NCBI RefSeq assembly: GCF_009834535.1
Contig: NC_045716.1
Coordinates: 21,266,001-21,330,000, forward strand
DNA: 64,000 nucleotides
From: Camelus ferus
Lineage: Eukaryota
Direction of reading: 5' to 3'
The notes beneath the pieces are model-generated. The model saw only the letters and a list, made by a program, of their open reading frames with translations, was not told the DNA's origin and searched no databases. This document shows positions 1 through 11,049 of this stretch, one piece after another. Each line of letters begins with the position of its first letter. Position 1 is the stretch's first letter. A program made the position numbers and the translations under genes.

Positions 1-315
1 GCAGAATAGAGAATAACATTTGTTTTGTTGGAGGTTTTGCAGGAGCACCAAGAGCTGGCCCACGTGGACAGCTGCAGGAGCAAAGAATCCTACACCAAGA
101 AGTTTGCAACAACCAACCACACCCCCTCCCCTGTTTTTTTGTGTAAAAGAAGCCTGTGTGCTAACTGGTGGAGGAGGATTCTCCAAGACATTAGCCTGTC
201 ATCCTCTTGGTCTGCCAGCTTTCCGAATAAAGTCCTTATTCCTTGCCCCAACACCTCATCTCCCGATTTATTGGCCTGTCTTGCAGTGAGCAGAACAAGT
301 TTGGACTCGGTAACA
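1..315 (+). mobile_element. 3' part of an ERV1-class solo LTR (MER34/MER39-like)
   Basis: AATAAA at 226-231, then a U5-like tract ending 'gtgagcagaacaagtttggactcggtaaca' at 315, a typical ERV1 LTR terminus. Family assigned by eye. Confidence 0.6.
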
Positions 316-875
316 TGCATATACTATTAGTCAAAATAATTTTAGGCTTAAGAAAAAAAGAACAAGAAAAAGTGCTTCATTCATCCAGATTCGAACTCCC
401 TCCTTTGACAAATACATATTGCTTTCATATCCTGTTACCTAGGGTTTCTTTTCTCTACGATAAAATTGTGAGCTCTTCCAGGACAAGAACCTGTATACCT
501 GGGGGCTCAATAAATATTAATAATTGAATAAAAGAACCCCCTGAGGTACGCGCTCTCTTCTACCAAATTCCTTCAAATTCCTCTCTCTGCCTTCCCTGCT
601 ACAGAGACATTTTATAGAGATTCTATTTGGACCTTGAATCCAGACATAATGCCCACTTACAGATAACTGTTTAGTGGGACCAGCTGGGTAGGAGAGGTTG
701 CGAGTATGTCTGCAAATCCCGTCTGGGATGTCTTGTTTGCCAGCTCCGTGGGGGATAATGAACTCCTAACCTTTCTGATTCTATTCTCACTCAAGCCGAA
801 ATCTGGGTTAAGGGAGGCGGTCTCTTTAAGAACTGTTGTGATGGCCCCACCCTTTAAAGAGATCAGCTGAACCTG

Positions 876-888
876 TGAGTCACATGAC
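876..888. promoter_or_regulatory. Overlapping AP-1 (TGAGTCA) and CLEAR/M-box-like (GTCACATGAC) element in the GLMP promoter
   Basis: TGAGTCA at 876-882 and GTCACATGAC at 879-888, 35 nt upstream of the GLMP ATG. The second is one mismatch from the CLEAR palindrome GTCACGTGAC. Confidence 0.65.
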
Positions 889-922
889 TAGCGTTTCTTC
901 CGCCCTCTGGAGCTGGGACCGC

Positions 923-3545
923 ATGAGTGGCTGTGAGGAGCCCTGCCGGGGTTGGGGGCACTGTGCCCCCAGCCCCGTGCTCCTTCTGAGTCTACTTCTG
1001 ACAACAGCTCCATTTGGCCTGCTGGGGGAAGAGACCCGCCAGGTGAGGAGCTACAGCAGTAGGTGTTTCAGGATATGCTACCCTTGAAGGGTATTTGGAA
1101 CCCAGGCAACCGAGGGGTGGTGTTAGAGGTTGCTTGCATGGAATAGAGTTTCTTCAATCTGAGAGTCGGGGCAGCCATGGATCATGGGACAGGACTGTGG
1201 AACAGGGCAGATGTGAGGGTATCCTGTCTTCCGGTGAAAGCTGGACCATGACTTAGCCCTGAGTGAGCCAGGTCCAGGCAAGTGTTGGATTTTTTTCTTC
1301 CTCTTGGCCCTGTGCCCTGATCTCTCCACCAAGGTCAGGGCACTTCTGGCTCTACACACCTCTCCTCCACCCCACCTCTCCTTTTACACCAGGATCTCCT
1401 TAGCTCCCACAAGCATTTCTCTTGCCTAGACCCCAGGGTCCCACCCTTTCCTCATCATTTCTGAAGCCCGGTCTCCCTGTCCCCAAGCATCTTTCCCCTG
1501 TGTCTCTCCCTGAATCGGTTCCCTTGACCCTCCACTACTCATGTTCCTTCCAGGTGTCTCTGGAGGTCATCTCTGACTGGCTGGATGCCCCCCAGAACCT
1601 GCTTCATGTCCGGGCAGTGGGTACCAACTCCACACTGCACTATGTGTGGAGCAGCCTGGGACCCCCAGCAGTGCTGCTGGTGGCTACCAACACCCCCTAC
1701 AGCACCCTGAGTGTCAACTGGAGCCTCCTGATCTCCTCTGATCCTGATGGGGCCCTGATGGTACACCCCAAGGACAGCATCCAATTTTCTTCTGCCCTCG
1801 TCTTTACCAGGGTGAGGAGGTTGGGGGAGAACCAAGGGGAAGAGTGTAGAGGAGAGGGTTCATCTGAATTAGAGGAAGAAACTAAAGACAGAGTGGGTGA
1901 AGTAGAGTCAGGTATGAGAGACTGGGGTGGGGTCCAGTGTATGGGGGGGGTGGTGATTCAGGAGAAAGCTGGACTCAGGCAACCCAGTCCCTCCCCACCC
2001 CCACCCACCAGCTATTTGAGTTTGACAGCACCAACACATCTGATGCAGGCTGCAGATTCTCCAGGAAAGTCATATCCTCCATATTCCTTGGCCGAGTTCT
2101 CCTGGAACAACATCACTGACTCATTGGATCCTGCCACCCTGAGTGTTACATTTCGAGGCCACCCCATTCACGACCCCACTGGGGCTTTTGCCAATGGCAG
2201 CCTGATCTTCAGGGTAAGGTTATGGAGAATCAGAATTCAAAAGGCCAGTTTATGAGGGTGGGAGTTAATGATGGGGGGTTGTCTTCAAATGCAGGTATCC
2301 ACCTGCTTCCCACACCTCCTTTGCCTCCTCCATCCTAGGTGCAGGCCTTCTCCAGATCTGGCCGACCAGTCCAACCCCCTCGCCTTCTCCACACAGCGGA
2401 CACCTGCCAGCTAGAAGTGGCGCTGGTTGGGGCCTCTCCCCGGGGAAACCGCTCCCTGTTTGGGCTGGAGGTAGCCACCTTGGGCCAGGGCCCCGACTGC
2501 CCCTCGGTGCAGGAGCAGCACTCCATTGATGATGAATATGCACCCGCCGTCTTCCAGGTTAGGCTTCCAGCAGAGAGACAGATGGATAGGGGGTGAAAGG
2601 GGGACCTTAGGATCACAGACAATCATTCAACCATTTACGATTTAGCAGCACTTTATTCAGCAATTTTGTGCTGGGCACTATGCTGATGAATTTAGCACCG
2701 TTTCTGCCCTCAGTGGGGAAGCCAGACAGAAGGCAGTCCAGTATGACTAGTGCTCTGGCAGGTGGGATCTGCAAGGGTGTGGGGGCCCAGAAGAGGGAGC
2801 TGAGTGCAGGTTTGCTGAGTGTTGAGGCTGGAAAAAGACTCTGCCATCCAGTTCAGCTCCCCTTTCTGCAGAGAAGAGATAGGTGCAAACAGCCTGTGAG
2901 TTCTAGACCCAGGCCTAGGACTCAGGACAACTCCTGTCAGAGGCTGGGAAAGGGTAGGGGAGCAACACTGTTGGTTCTCCTCACCCTGCCTGTTTGCCTT
3001 TCTCCCCAGTTGGACCAGCTGCTATGGGGCTCCCTCCCATCAGGCTTCATGCAGTGGCGACCAGTTGCTTTCTCACAGAAGCAGGGGAGCCGGGAATCAG
3101 CCATGTCCTGCCAAGTTTCCCCTCTTTACCCCACCTTGGCATACCTTCTCCCCCAGTCACCCATTGTCCGAGCCTTCTTCGGGCCCCAGAGCAACTTCTG
3201 TGCCTTCAATCTGACATTTGGGGCTTCCACAGGCCCTGGCTATTGGGACCAACACTACCTCAGCTGGTAAGAGTCAGGACATGGGCCGACGGTTGGGAGG
3301 GTGAAGTAGGGGAGGGCTGGGCCTCTCAGCCTTCCCTCCTAAGCCTACTTACCTCCCTTTCTCACTCTGCTTGCTCTAGGTCAGTGCTCCTTGGTGTGGG
3401 TACCCCTCCAGTGGATGCCTTGTCCCCGCTTGTCCTGGGCATCATGGCAGTGGCCCTGGGTGCTCCGGGGCTCATGCTGCTGGCAGGAGGTCTGTTTCTG
3501 CTGCTAAGCCACAAGCGGCACTCAGAATACCAGCTCATAAATTGA
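923..3545 (+). CDS. GLMP: Glycosylated lysosomal membrane protein (NCU-G1/C1orf85), with an apparent +1 frameshift in exon 3
   Basis: Exons 923-1042, 1554-1811, 2012-2213, 2339-2557, 3010-3266, 3380-3545, all GT-AG. Translation has a signal peptide ([17 protein letters not shown]), [33 protein letters not shown], a TM helix and a SEYQLIN YxxL tail. Exon 3 is 202 nt; removing one G at 2048/2049 gives 406 aa, the human length. Confidence 0.93.
2620..2760 (-). mobile_element. L2 3'-end fragment
   Basis: 'cattcaaccattt...ttattcagcaattttgtgctgggcactatgctg...ctgccctcagtgggg' resembles an L2 terminus. Confidence 0.45.
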
Positions 3546-4158
3546 GGCTTGCTCACTAGACAGAAAAACATTACTGGACTTTCCTTGCTGGTCTACAGGT
3601 TTGAGGGTCAGTATTTCCAGCCAGCTGCTCCCTTTTCCCATCTTGCTTTTCAGCAGAACTTCAGAGACCAGCCTCAACTTCCTGTGGACCCAGGTGGAGC
3701 TTCCTTCAAACTCTGAGGAGGGACCAGGGACAGAGTGATTGGTAGTGGGAGAGTCCCCTCTTTTACTTCCCCGCCCCTCCACCCCCCATTTCCCTTGAAT
3801 GAGACTCACAGGCCTAAATGAGAGGACTTCTCACTGATTGGCTGCCCTCAAGGGCATGAAATAGACTTATTTTTTCCACAGGGTTTGTCTCTCGGTGTGT
3901 GTGTTGTTGGGCTGGTTTGGGGCTGGTTCCAGGAAATGAGAGGGCTAAGAGATGGGCGTGGAAGGCAAGATCTTGTTTGTGGCCCCATTTCCTCAGCAGG
4001 CCTAGTTCTCTCCCTTGCCATGAGACCAGGCTTCTGCCAGCCACTCTTCAACATGTGGAGCTGGGAGGTTTCTGGAGCAGTCTGACTCAAACAAGGAAAG
4101 GACACTTAAGACTGAGGGGCAAACATGAAGGAAGAGCCAAGGAAGACTGTGGTAGTCA

Positions 4159-4164
4159 TTTATT
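4159..4164 (-). terminator. TMEM79 polyadenylation signal
   Basis: TTTATT on + (AATAAA on -), about 830 nt past the TMEM79 stop codon. Confidence 0.7.
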
Positions 4165-4240
4165 GTTACACACACATTCACACAGGCTTCATATCAGCCA
4201 CTGTGCCTTCCATCCATTCCCCAGTCACCACATGTGGGTG

Positions 4241-4243
<3 letters not shown>

Positions 4244-4299
<56 letters not shown>
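4244..4299. repeat. (AC)28 microsatellite in the TMEM79 3' UTR
   Basis: Perfect dinucleotide run read directly from the sequence. Confidence 0.97.
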
Positions 4300-4301
<2 letters not shown>

Positions 4302-4993
4302 CTCTTGGGAGGCAGGTTTCCCTGTCCGCTCCTCTTCCCATGGGAGAGGCATGACTTCTGGGCAGTTTGGAGGGGGGAGGTTATAGGGACATAAAGGGTG
4401 GGAAGGGAGGAAGCAGCCATTGTGGACTGGGGCAGCTGTAATCCTCTTGATTGAGGCTAAAGGGCCTAAGAGGCCAGTCATGGAGGGTCCTGAACCCAGG
4501 CCCCCTGGAAGATTTCCACCAGCCGTGAAAGTCCTATTTGATCTGATGGCAGTCTTTACCTTTAGGCATGGGCAAAATTTCTAGTTCCATTGAGGCCCTC
4601 TGCTTAGACAACTGGCACAGAAATGGTCCGAGTTTTGGCTGTGGCTCTGCCGACTGCCTCACAGGAAGCTGGAGAGTGAAACAGAGTCCAGCAGTGATGG
4701 GGCCTAGCGGCAGTGGTGAGAGGCTGCTCAGGAAGGAACCATGCCTCTGCTCCTGTTCCTGGCCCTGCGCCCTCAGCATCCTTAAGGAACATGGCTGTCA
4801 GCCTCTTTCCCTACAAGAATGTCTTAAGTCCCTCCCTCATAACTGTCCCAGGCTCCAAAGGTGAAAGGCAGCACCCCAACTTGGGGGAGAGCCGGGGACA
4901 GTCCAGGCTCTAATTGGATGGGAACCCTGTCGGGGCAGTCGCTGGGTTCATCCCACCCAGGTACCTGGGCTGGGGGCAAGGGGGCGGAGCCGC

Positions 4994-7900
4994 TCAGCCC
5001 CAGGGGCGGGGCCTGTGATCCGAGGCCGAGCGGGCGTGGTCGGGGTAGTCAAGGCGGCTCTCGGAGGCGGTGAGCATGCGTTCGGGCTCCACCAGGAACA
5101 TGTAGTAAAGGTTCCACACCAGCATGGACAGCAGGGGCAGGAACGTCAGGCCGTAGCCAAAGCCTCGGAAGGAACGGCCCACGGCGAGGGTCAGCCAGTA
5201 TATAAGCCTGGGAGGCAAGAAAAGATCGGGCTTTCCTTGAGGGAAGTGGGTCTGCTAACTGGCAACAGGCTGAGGATGGGGGGAGTAGAAAGTGAGGGAG
5301 CAGATGGGGGTTGGTGGGCATGACTGATGCTTCTGAAAACAGCCAGTGTTTGTGTACTTATTATGTGCCAGGCACAGTGCTGACTACTTTGGGGGCACTA
5401 TTTAATTTAGACCCCCATATCTCAGAAGTGAATATATTATTCACTTCCCTCTTTTTTTTTTCACTTTTCAAATTTTAATTTAAAATGTTTGAATAGGCAA
5501 TGTAAGTTCACATGGTTCAAAATTCAAAGTTTCCAGTGAGTATAGTAAAATGTCTTCCTCCCTTTATTGATTCCCAGCTGCCCCATCCTCTTCCCTCACT
5601 TCCCCACCTCGATTCCACTCCCATCCCAGACATCCAATGTTGTGGCTTCTTGTGCATCATGATGCTTTATGTATATATGAACAAAAAATGTTTGTTTTCT
5701 CTTTACCCCTTTTTTGAAATTTGGTAGCATACTATATATAAAGACTGTTCTACACATTGATTTTTTTCCCATTTACTGTATGTTGGAGATAATGTTGTAT
5801 CAGTATAGAAACAGCTTTTTCATACTTTTACAGCTGCAGTGTATTCCATTGTATTTATTTCCCCTTTTGCAGATGAAACTAAGATTCCAAAGGGGTTAAG
5901 TAGGACTGGTCCAAAGTCGCACATTGGGGAAATAGTAAAACTGTGATTTGAACCCCTGCCTGTTCATCACCCTCCTCTCCTGCGATTTTAGACAAGCTGA
6001 GGGAAAGAAGAGAGGATGGAAGCAAGCTTCAAGAGAGCCTGAAGCCCAGAAAGATGGATCAGGCACAGCCAAATTTCCTTTCTTGGAAGATCCACTCAGA
6101 ATACACATCCCTTCATTGGGGGGAGGGCAGCAGCTTCCTCTTAATATATGAAGGACCACTTATTACAAAATTGAGGTACCTTTTTTTTTTCACCTGTGAA
6201 ACAGAGGTTAGAGTAACTGCAGCCTCTCTACTGTACTAGGAAGTAGTTTGGCATAATGGTAATAAAAGTTCATATTCAGTGAACCCTTACCAAGTACCAG
6301 ACTATTGTAAGCACTCTACATGAATTAACTCATTTAATCTTCACAATAACTCCATTTTATAGATAATGAAACTGAGGCACAAAAGCTTAAGTAACTTGCC
6401 CAAGGTAGAGAAGAAAGGACCCTGGATGAGAGAGGGAAGGGACATGGGTTCTAGTTCTGCCACTGCTGCTGACTGAACTATGCAACTCTTCTCCCCAGTC
6501 TGTAGTGACTTCCTCTCTGTAAAATGGATGAATGGACCAGACAGTTGCTGAGTCTTCTTTTAGCTCCCTGATGATTCTTACTGCTTAAGCCAACTTCTAT
6601 CTGAGACCGTCAGAGGGAGATGTGAGGTTGAGTTACATGAGCAGGAACATATTTATCTTTGGAAACATCTATCGGGAGAACATGCAGGGCGGTATGATGG
6701 TCAGGAGGCTGGTGGGAGAGATGACCACCAGACTACACTCAGAAGTGTCAGGAAGACAGATTTTAGCTCAATAGGAAGAATGTTTTAGCAGTAAAAGCTA
6801 CCTGCTAATCTATATGGAAAGTAACAAAAGGAAATGTATTAGGAGAAAAAAATGGAAAGACTTGCATTGGGCTTCAGAAATTCAAAGGTGCCTTGTGGGT
6901 TAACAGTAGTTCACATGAAAATACCTCTAAGGATTTCATGTGATGACAAATTCTAAATGGAAGGAGAGTAATAAGGCTGCTGTGAGGCTTAACATGGCCT
7001 TGGTTTGTATGAACAGGACAATACTCTTGAACAGCCCCCCCTCCACCCCCACAATTGACAAGCAGGACAATTTCCTGCCCAGACAGGAGGACCCAGGACA
7101 GTGAAGGGACCAGAGCTACTTAGAAAAGTAAACACTGAGGGAGCAGAGTGCTGGAGTCAGGGAATTGAGAACTGTTGTCAATCAAATATCTGAATTTGTC
7201 TAGGCACTTTCAGAGGTCAGAATCAGGGCAGCAGTTTTTAGCACAACGTAAAGAAGAACCTTCTAATAATTAGGATTTTTGAAAAATGAAACAGATTGCC
7301 TTATAAAGAACTAAGCAGTTGGTCACAGAGGGTGCTCAACTAGAGGCCAACAGCCACCAGACCGGAGTGCCACTGAGGAGTGCTGCAATGGGTGGGACGT
7401 TGGTCTAGGAGACACCTGAAAGCCCTTCCTGTTCTAGGTTTGCATGTGTTATATGAAAGACATATGAGCTGATCACCCGCTGCTAGGTGAGGTAAGGTAC
7501 AATGGAGAAAGTGGACTTATATTTCCAGGGCTCATTTGGGCTGATGCAGAATCCAGAAAGCTCCCTGTCCCGGGCTCTCCAGACATTCTGATGTCCGGGT
7601 CCCTCTAGCACCACCACCTCCCCTGTGCCCCACCCCCATCCCCAACTCACCGGGAGATGGCAAAGAGACCAGTGAGCAGAGGGAGCAGTTTGAGGGTGTC
7701 TTGGGGCAGGTAGGTGGAAAGCACAGCCAGGTTAAAGAAGTAGAGGATGAAGAGCTGGACTGACTGGGCCACATATCGCCGGTGGAGCTCCACCTCCCGC
7801 CGTGGCTCCCCAAAGGGCCGTAAGGCAGAAAAACACAGCAGGCTCAGCCCGTGCACCAGGATCCCTGGGTGGGGTTGGAGAGCACAGAGGATCAGGAGAG

Positions 7901-8888
7901 GGGTGGCAGGCAGGAAGCGGGGACAGGGTTTGTAGTGGAGCATGGGCTCGACGCCGTGGGGCTGAGGTGGTCCTGGGAGGAGGCGGGCACACAGGGTGAC
8001 AGGGTCACCTGGAGTCCCTGAGGGTCCAGGTCTAGTGAAGGGAAGCTCCTGTTCCCCAAGCCAGGCGGGCCCTGCCCTCCAGCCCAGCTCCCAGATGCGC
8101 CCTCCCATCTCACAGGGCCCAGGCTCACCCAGCACAATGGGGAAGGTGGCAAAGACCCCGCAGCGCAGCGTGTAGACGAGGCGGGAACTCATGGTGGGCA
8201 GGCGTGGGGCATCGAAGGGCAGGAAGGCATACGCCCCGTACAGCAGGCAGGGGAAGAGAACGAGGGCGGCTCCCACTGAGGCCACGGCCCTCAGCCCCTC
8301 ACGGCCTCCACAGCCCCTGCAGCCCCCACAGGAGCGGCCAGGCGGCCTCACCACTGCCTCGGCCCACTTGCACTCTGGGGGCGCAGGGTGGGTGGCCCGG
8401 GGGGACAGGAAGGCCCGGCGGCGCTCGCCCTCGCTCGCCTCACAGAACACAACAAGGTCCTCCTGCGGCCGCCGCTCAATGCACTGTAGGTCGATGGGCA
8501 CGAAGGCCCGGGTCGCCTTCTCAGGCAGCAGGCTGGCGTCATCTTCAGGCAACTCCTCTAGCTTGGTGGGTGGCTGTGACTCCAGGGGCTCAGGCTCAAT
8601 GTCCTTCCAGCCGGGGGGATCTGGGAATGGGGCACTGGGCTGGGGGCCAGTCCCCCAGGGCAAGGTGGCAGCCTCACTTACTGTGCTGTCTAGACCATCC
8701 TCGGTCCCCTCTCCAGCTGTGGGAGACCCAGCTGAGGACCCTACTTTGGAGGACTCAGCTCCGAGAGACTCAGCCCCACCTTCTCCTTCTGGCTTCTGGC
8801 CATTAGGGACCAAGGCCTGGGGTGGGCTCTTCTCCAAAGCCTCAGGCCCCTTCACTTCCATCAGGGCCAGGGTCTCCGGTTCTGTCAT
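4994..8888 (-). CDS. TMEM79: Transmembrane protein 79 (mattrin), 395 aa
   Basis: Coding exons 8888-8129, 7864-7651 and 5207-4994 total 1188 nt with consistent phases. Reads [14 protein letters not shown]...CGGCRGCG...[16 protein letters not shown]|[17 protein letters not shown]...ISR|[19 protein letters not shown]...RPRPWG*. The exon 2 acceptor is at 8929-8931. Confidence 0.96.
5455..5860 (-). mobile_element. Old L1 (L1M-type) 3' UTR fragment
   Basis: T-rich start, then 'gttcacatggttcaaaattcaaa' and 'cttttttcatacttttacagctgcagtgtattccattgta', typical of ancient L1 3' ends. Confidence 0.45.
6255..6410 (-). mobile_element. MIR SINE
   Basis: Core 'ctcatttaatcttcacaataactcc...attttatagataatgaaactgaggcacaaaagcttaagtaacttgcccaaggt'. 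Confidence 0.7.
6690..7440 (+). mobile_element. L3/CR1 LINE fragments
   Basis: 'gacagattttagctcaataggaagaa' and 'aaagaagaaccttctaataattagg...aaatgaaacagattgcct' resemble the CR1/L3 3' region. Confidence 0.4.
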
Positions 8889-9828
8889 CCTGGGGCACTT
8901 TGGGGGTCTACTGCAAGGTCGTGTCACCCTGAAGGGAGCAGAGGAAAGCTCTATCAGATGCTGCTGTCCTCTGGCCCTCAGGATGGGTTGATAGAATTGG
9001 AACTCTCCAGGACAGCTGGCCTCATGGGCTTTAGCCCCTTCTGGGTCATTAAGGAGAACATAGTCCAAGGGAAGGTGTTGAAACAGAGGGAGGCAAGAGG
9101 GAAGTGAGCAGCTGAAACGGAGGCACCGTTTCGACATTGAATACTATTCAGCAGCAGAGGGTGAGTTGGGGGCACAGGCTCTGGCAGCTGTGGCCTCAGC
9201 CAGCCTCCACCTATGCCTTCTACCCACCTCCACCAAAACCTCTGGGGTCATGGCCACCCTAATACAGGAATGGGAAGAAAAGGTGTCTAGAACTTTGCCA
9301 AGGGCTTTCTTCCCACTAAGGATCTTCTTGTGGCCAGAGAAGCTACCCTTTCACCTCCAAATCTCCCCTTCTCCCCACAAATCCCCAGTTAGAACTCCCC
9401 TGGCAATTGATACCACCATTGATTTGCCAACAAATCTATCCCAAAGAGCTGGCAGTGGCAGCACACCCTGTTCTTTCATCTCCAGTCTGGGTACTTGGTC
9501 AGTTTCCAGACTTCTCACTAACCCACCTCCTCCATCTCCGGAGAGTCTGGGTCTGTCCATTCTAACCTCTAGGTTAAATCATGGCTGTTTCCCATGCCTC
9601 CTCTCCTGTCTTTCTCCCCTCCCTGCCGCCCTCCACCTCACTGCTTCTGGATGGGGCTGATTCCCCTCCCTCTACCTCCTCAAGGACCTCCTACCCCTTA
9701 CTGTTTGGATCCATGACACCCTCTTACTTTCCATCTGGAGAGAGGCAGAGGTTCCCCAGCACACGGGAAGGAGCTGCCTGGCTTCCTGCTGGCTCTGCAA
9801 GTATTCCTCTCGGTCTCCCTCCCTTTAC

Positions 9829-9900
9829 CTGTGTCTCCAAACCTGTCTGACCAGAGCAGGTGGGGCCCAGATTAAAGGGGCAGGCCCCGCCCTGCTGAAT
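9829..9900 (-). promoter_or_regulatory. Candidate TMEM79 proximal promoter and non-coding first exon
   Basis: Minus-strand donor CAG|GTAAAG at 9829/9828, GC-box CCCCGCCC at 9885-9892 and a TATA-like TTTAAT (9876-9871). The TSS is not determined. Confidence 0.4.
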
Positions 9901-10104
9901 CTGCCGACAGAAAAAGCAGAGGAGGACGTCGTCCTTTCTGAAAGTTGGTTAGGGGCTGGTGCAGCTGGGCATAGAGGTGTGTGTTCTAGGAACATGGGAT
10001 GTGTAGGAACTCCCAGCACAGGAGACCAGAGTGGGGGAAGAGTGGGTTTGTGCATCAGAGGGTGCTTGGAGCAGGCTGGGATACCCCCAAAGAGGTGGAA
10101 TTCA

Positions 10105-10420
10105 CTTACTCATTCAATATTTATTGAGCACCTATTATTAGCTAGACACTAATCTAGGCACAGTCACAGTAAAGGACAAGATGACAGGCGAAGTCTTTGC
10201 GTTTCAGGAGCTTGTTCTACTGGGGTAACATAATAAAGAAGCCTAGCAACTAACCAACAGGACAATTTCAGTAGGGAAAACCTCTTTGCCAAACTTGATG
10301 GGAAATTAGGAGAATGACTGTTCCAGGCAGAGGAATAGCAAGTGAAAGGCCAATGAGTGGGAAAGACAGGTTGTTTCAGAAACAGAAAGAAGGTTAGTGG
10401 CTGGAAAGGGATTTTACGTT
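10105..10420 (-). mobile_element. L2 fragment
   Basis: 'cattcaatatttattgagcacctatt...ctaggcacag...caggagcttgttcta...ttccaggcagaggaatagcaagtgaaaggcc' is a classic L2 3' end. Confidence 0.65.
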
Positions 10421-11049
10421 CCCATTATAGTGTGTACACAGGCCCCCCAAACACCTTGTTTTTTAGGTTAGGTTTAAGAGTAAGAAAGCAATAGGAACCC
10501 AAGGTGATCTTTTCTGTGGGAGGACTAGGGGCAGAAACATAAGGGTGTAGCTTCTCATTCCTGTAGATCTTCTTCCCTGAAGTCATCTGAGCTTTATGAG
10601 GGGAGAGACAGCGTCTGGATTGCTAATCTCTGTCTCCAGAACCCAGGATTGTGGCTGGAAGACAGGAGGTGTTCAATAAATGTTTGCTAGACTGGTGAGA
10701 GATGAATATCCAAGTGGAAGTCTTTGGGCTGGGGTAGGAGAGCTTGGGGCAGAGGTGCTTGTACAAGAGCCTGTCTTGGAGGGCCCTACTCATATATTAT
10801 TCTCTGCCCTTTCCAAGAAAATTTTCACATACGCGTTTTTTGCTTGTTTATTTAAATAATTGGGGAAAGGGAGAATTGGAATCACTATAACCAGTCATCT
10901 GAGAGAGACAAGGCTCAAAAGGGGGGGGACGGAAAGATGGACCAAATGACCACTGCTGGACAAAGCAAAGTCATGCTCCTAGCTGTGAGCCCGTCTGCAC
11001 CGATCCAGCTTAGCCTCAACCCCCTTCACAGTCCACTGTTCGTTCTTTA

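Noticed and set aside
8191-8991. Long + strand ORFs (266 aa and 200 aa) antisense to TMEM79 exon 2
   Set aside because: Shadow ORFs of a GC-rich coding exon, with no recognisable homology or splice context.
9114-9132. GAAACGG-aggca-CCGTTTC hairpin in TMEM79 intron 1
   Set aside because: A 7-bp stem is expected by chance at this scale.
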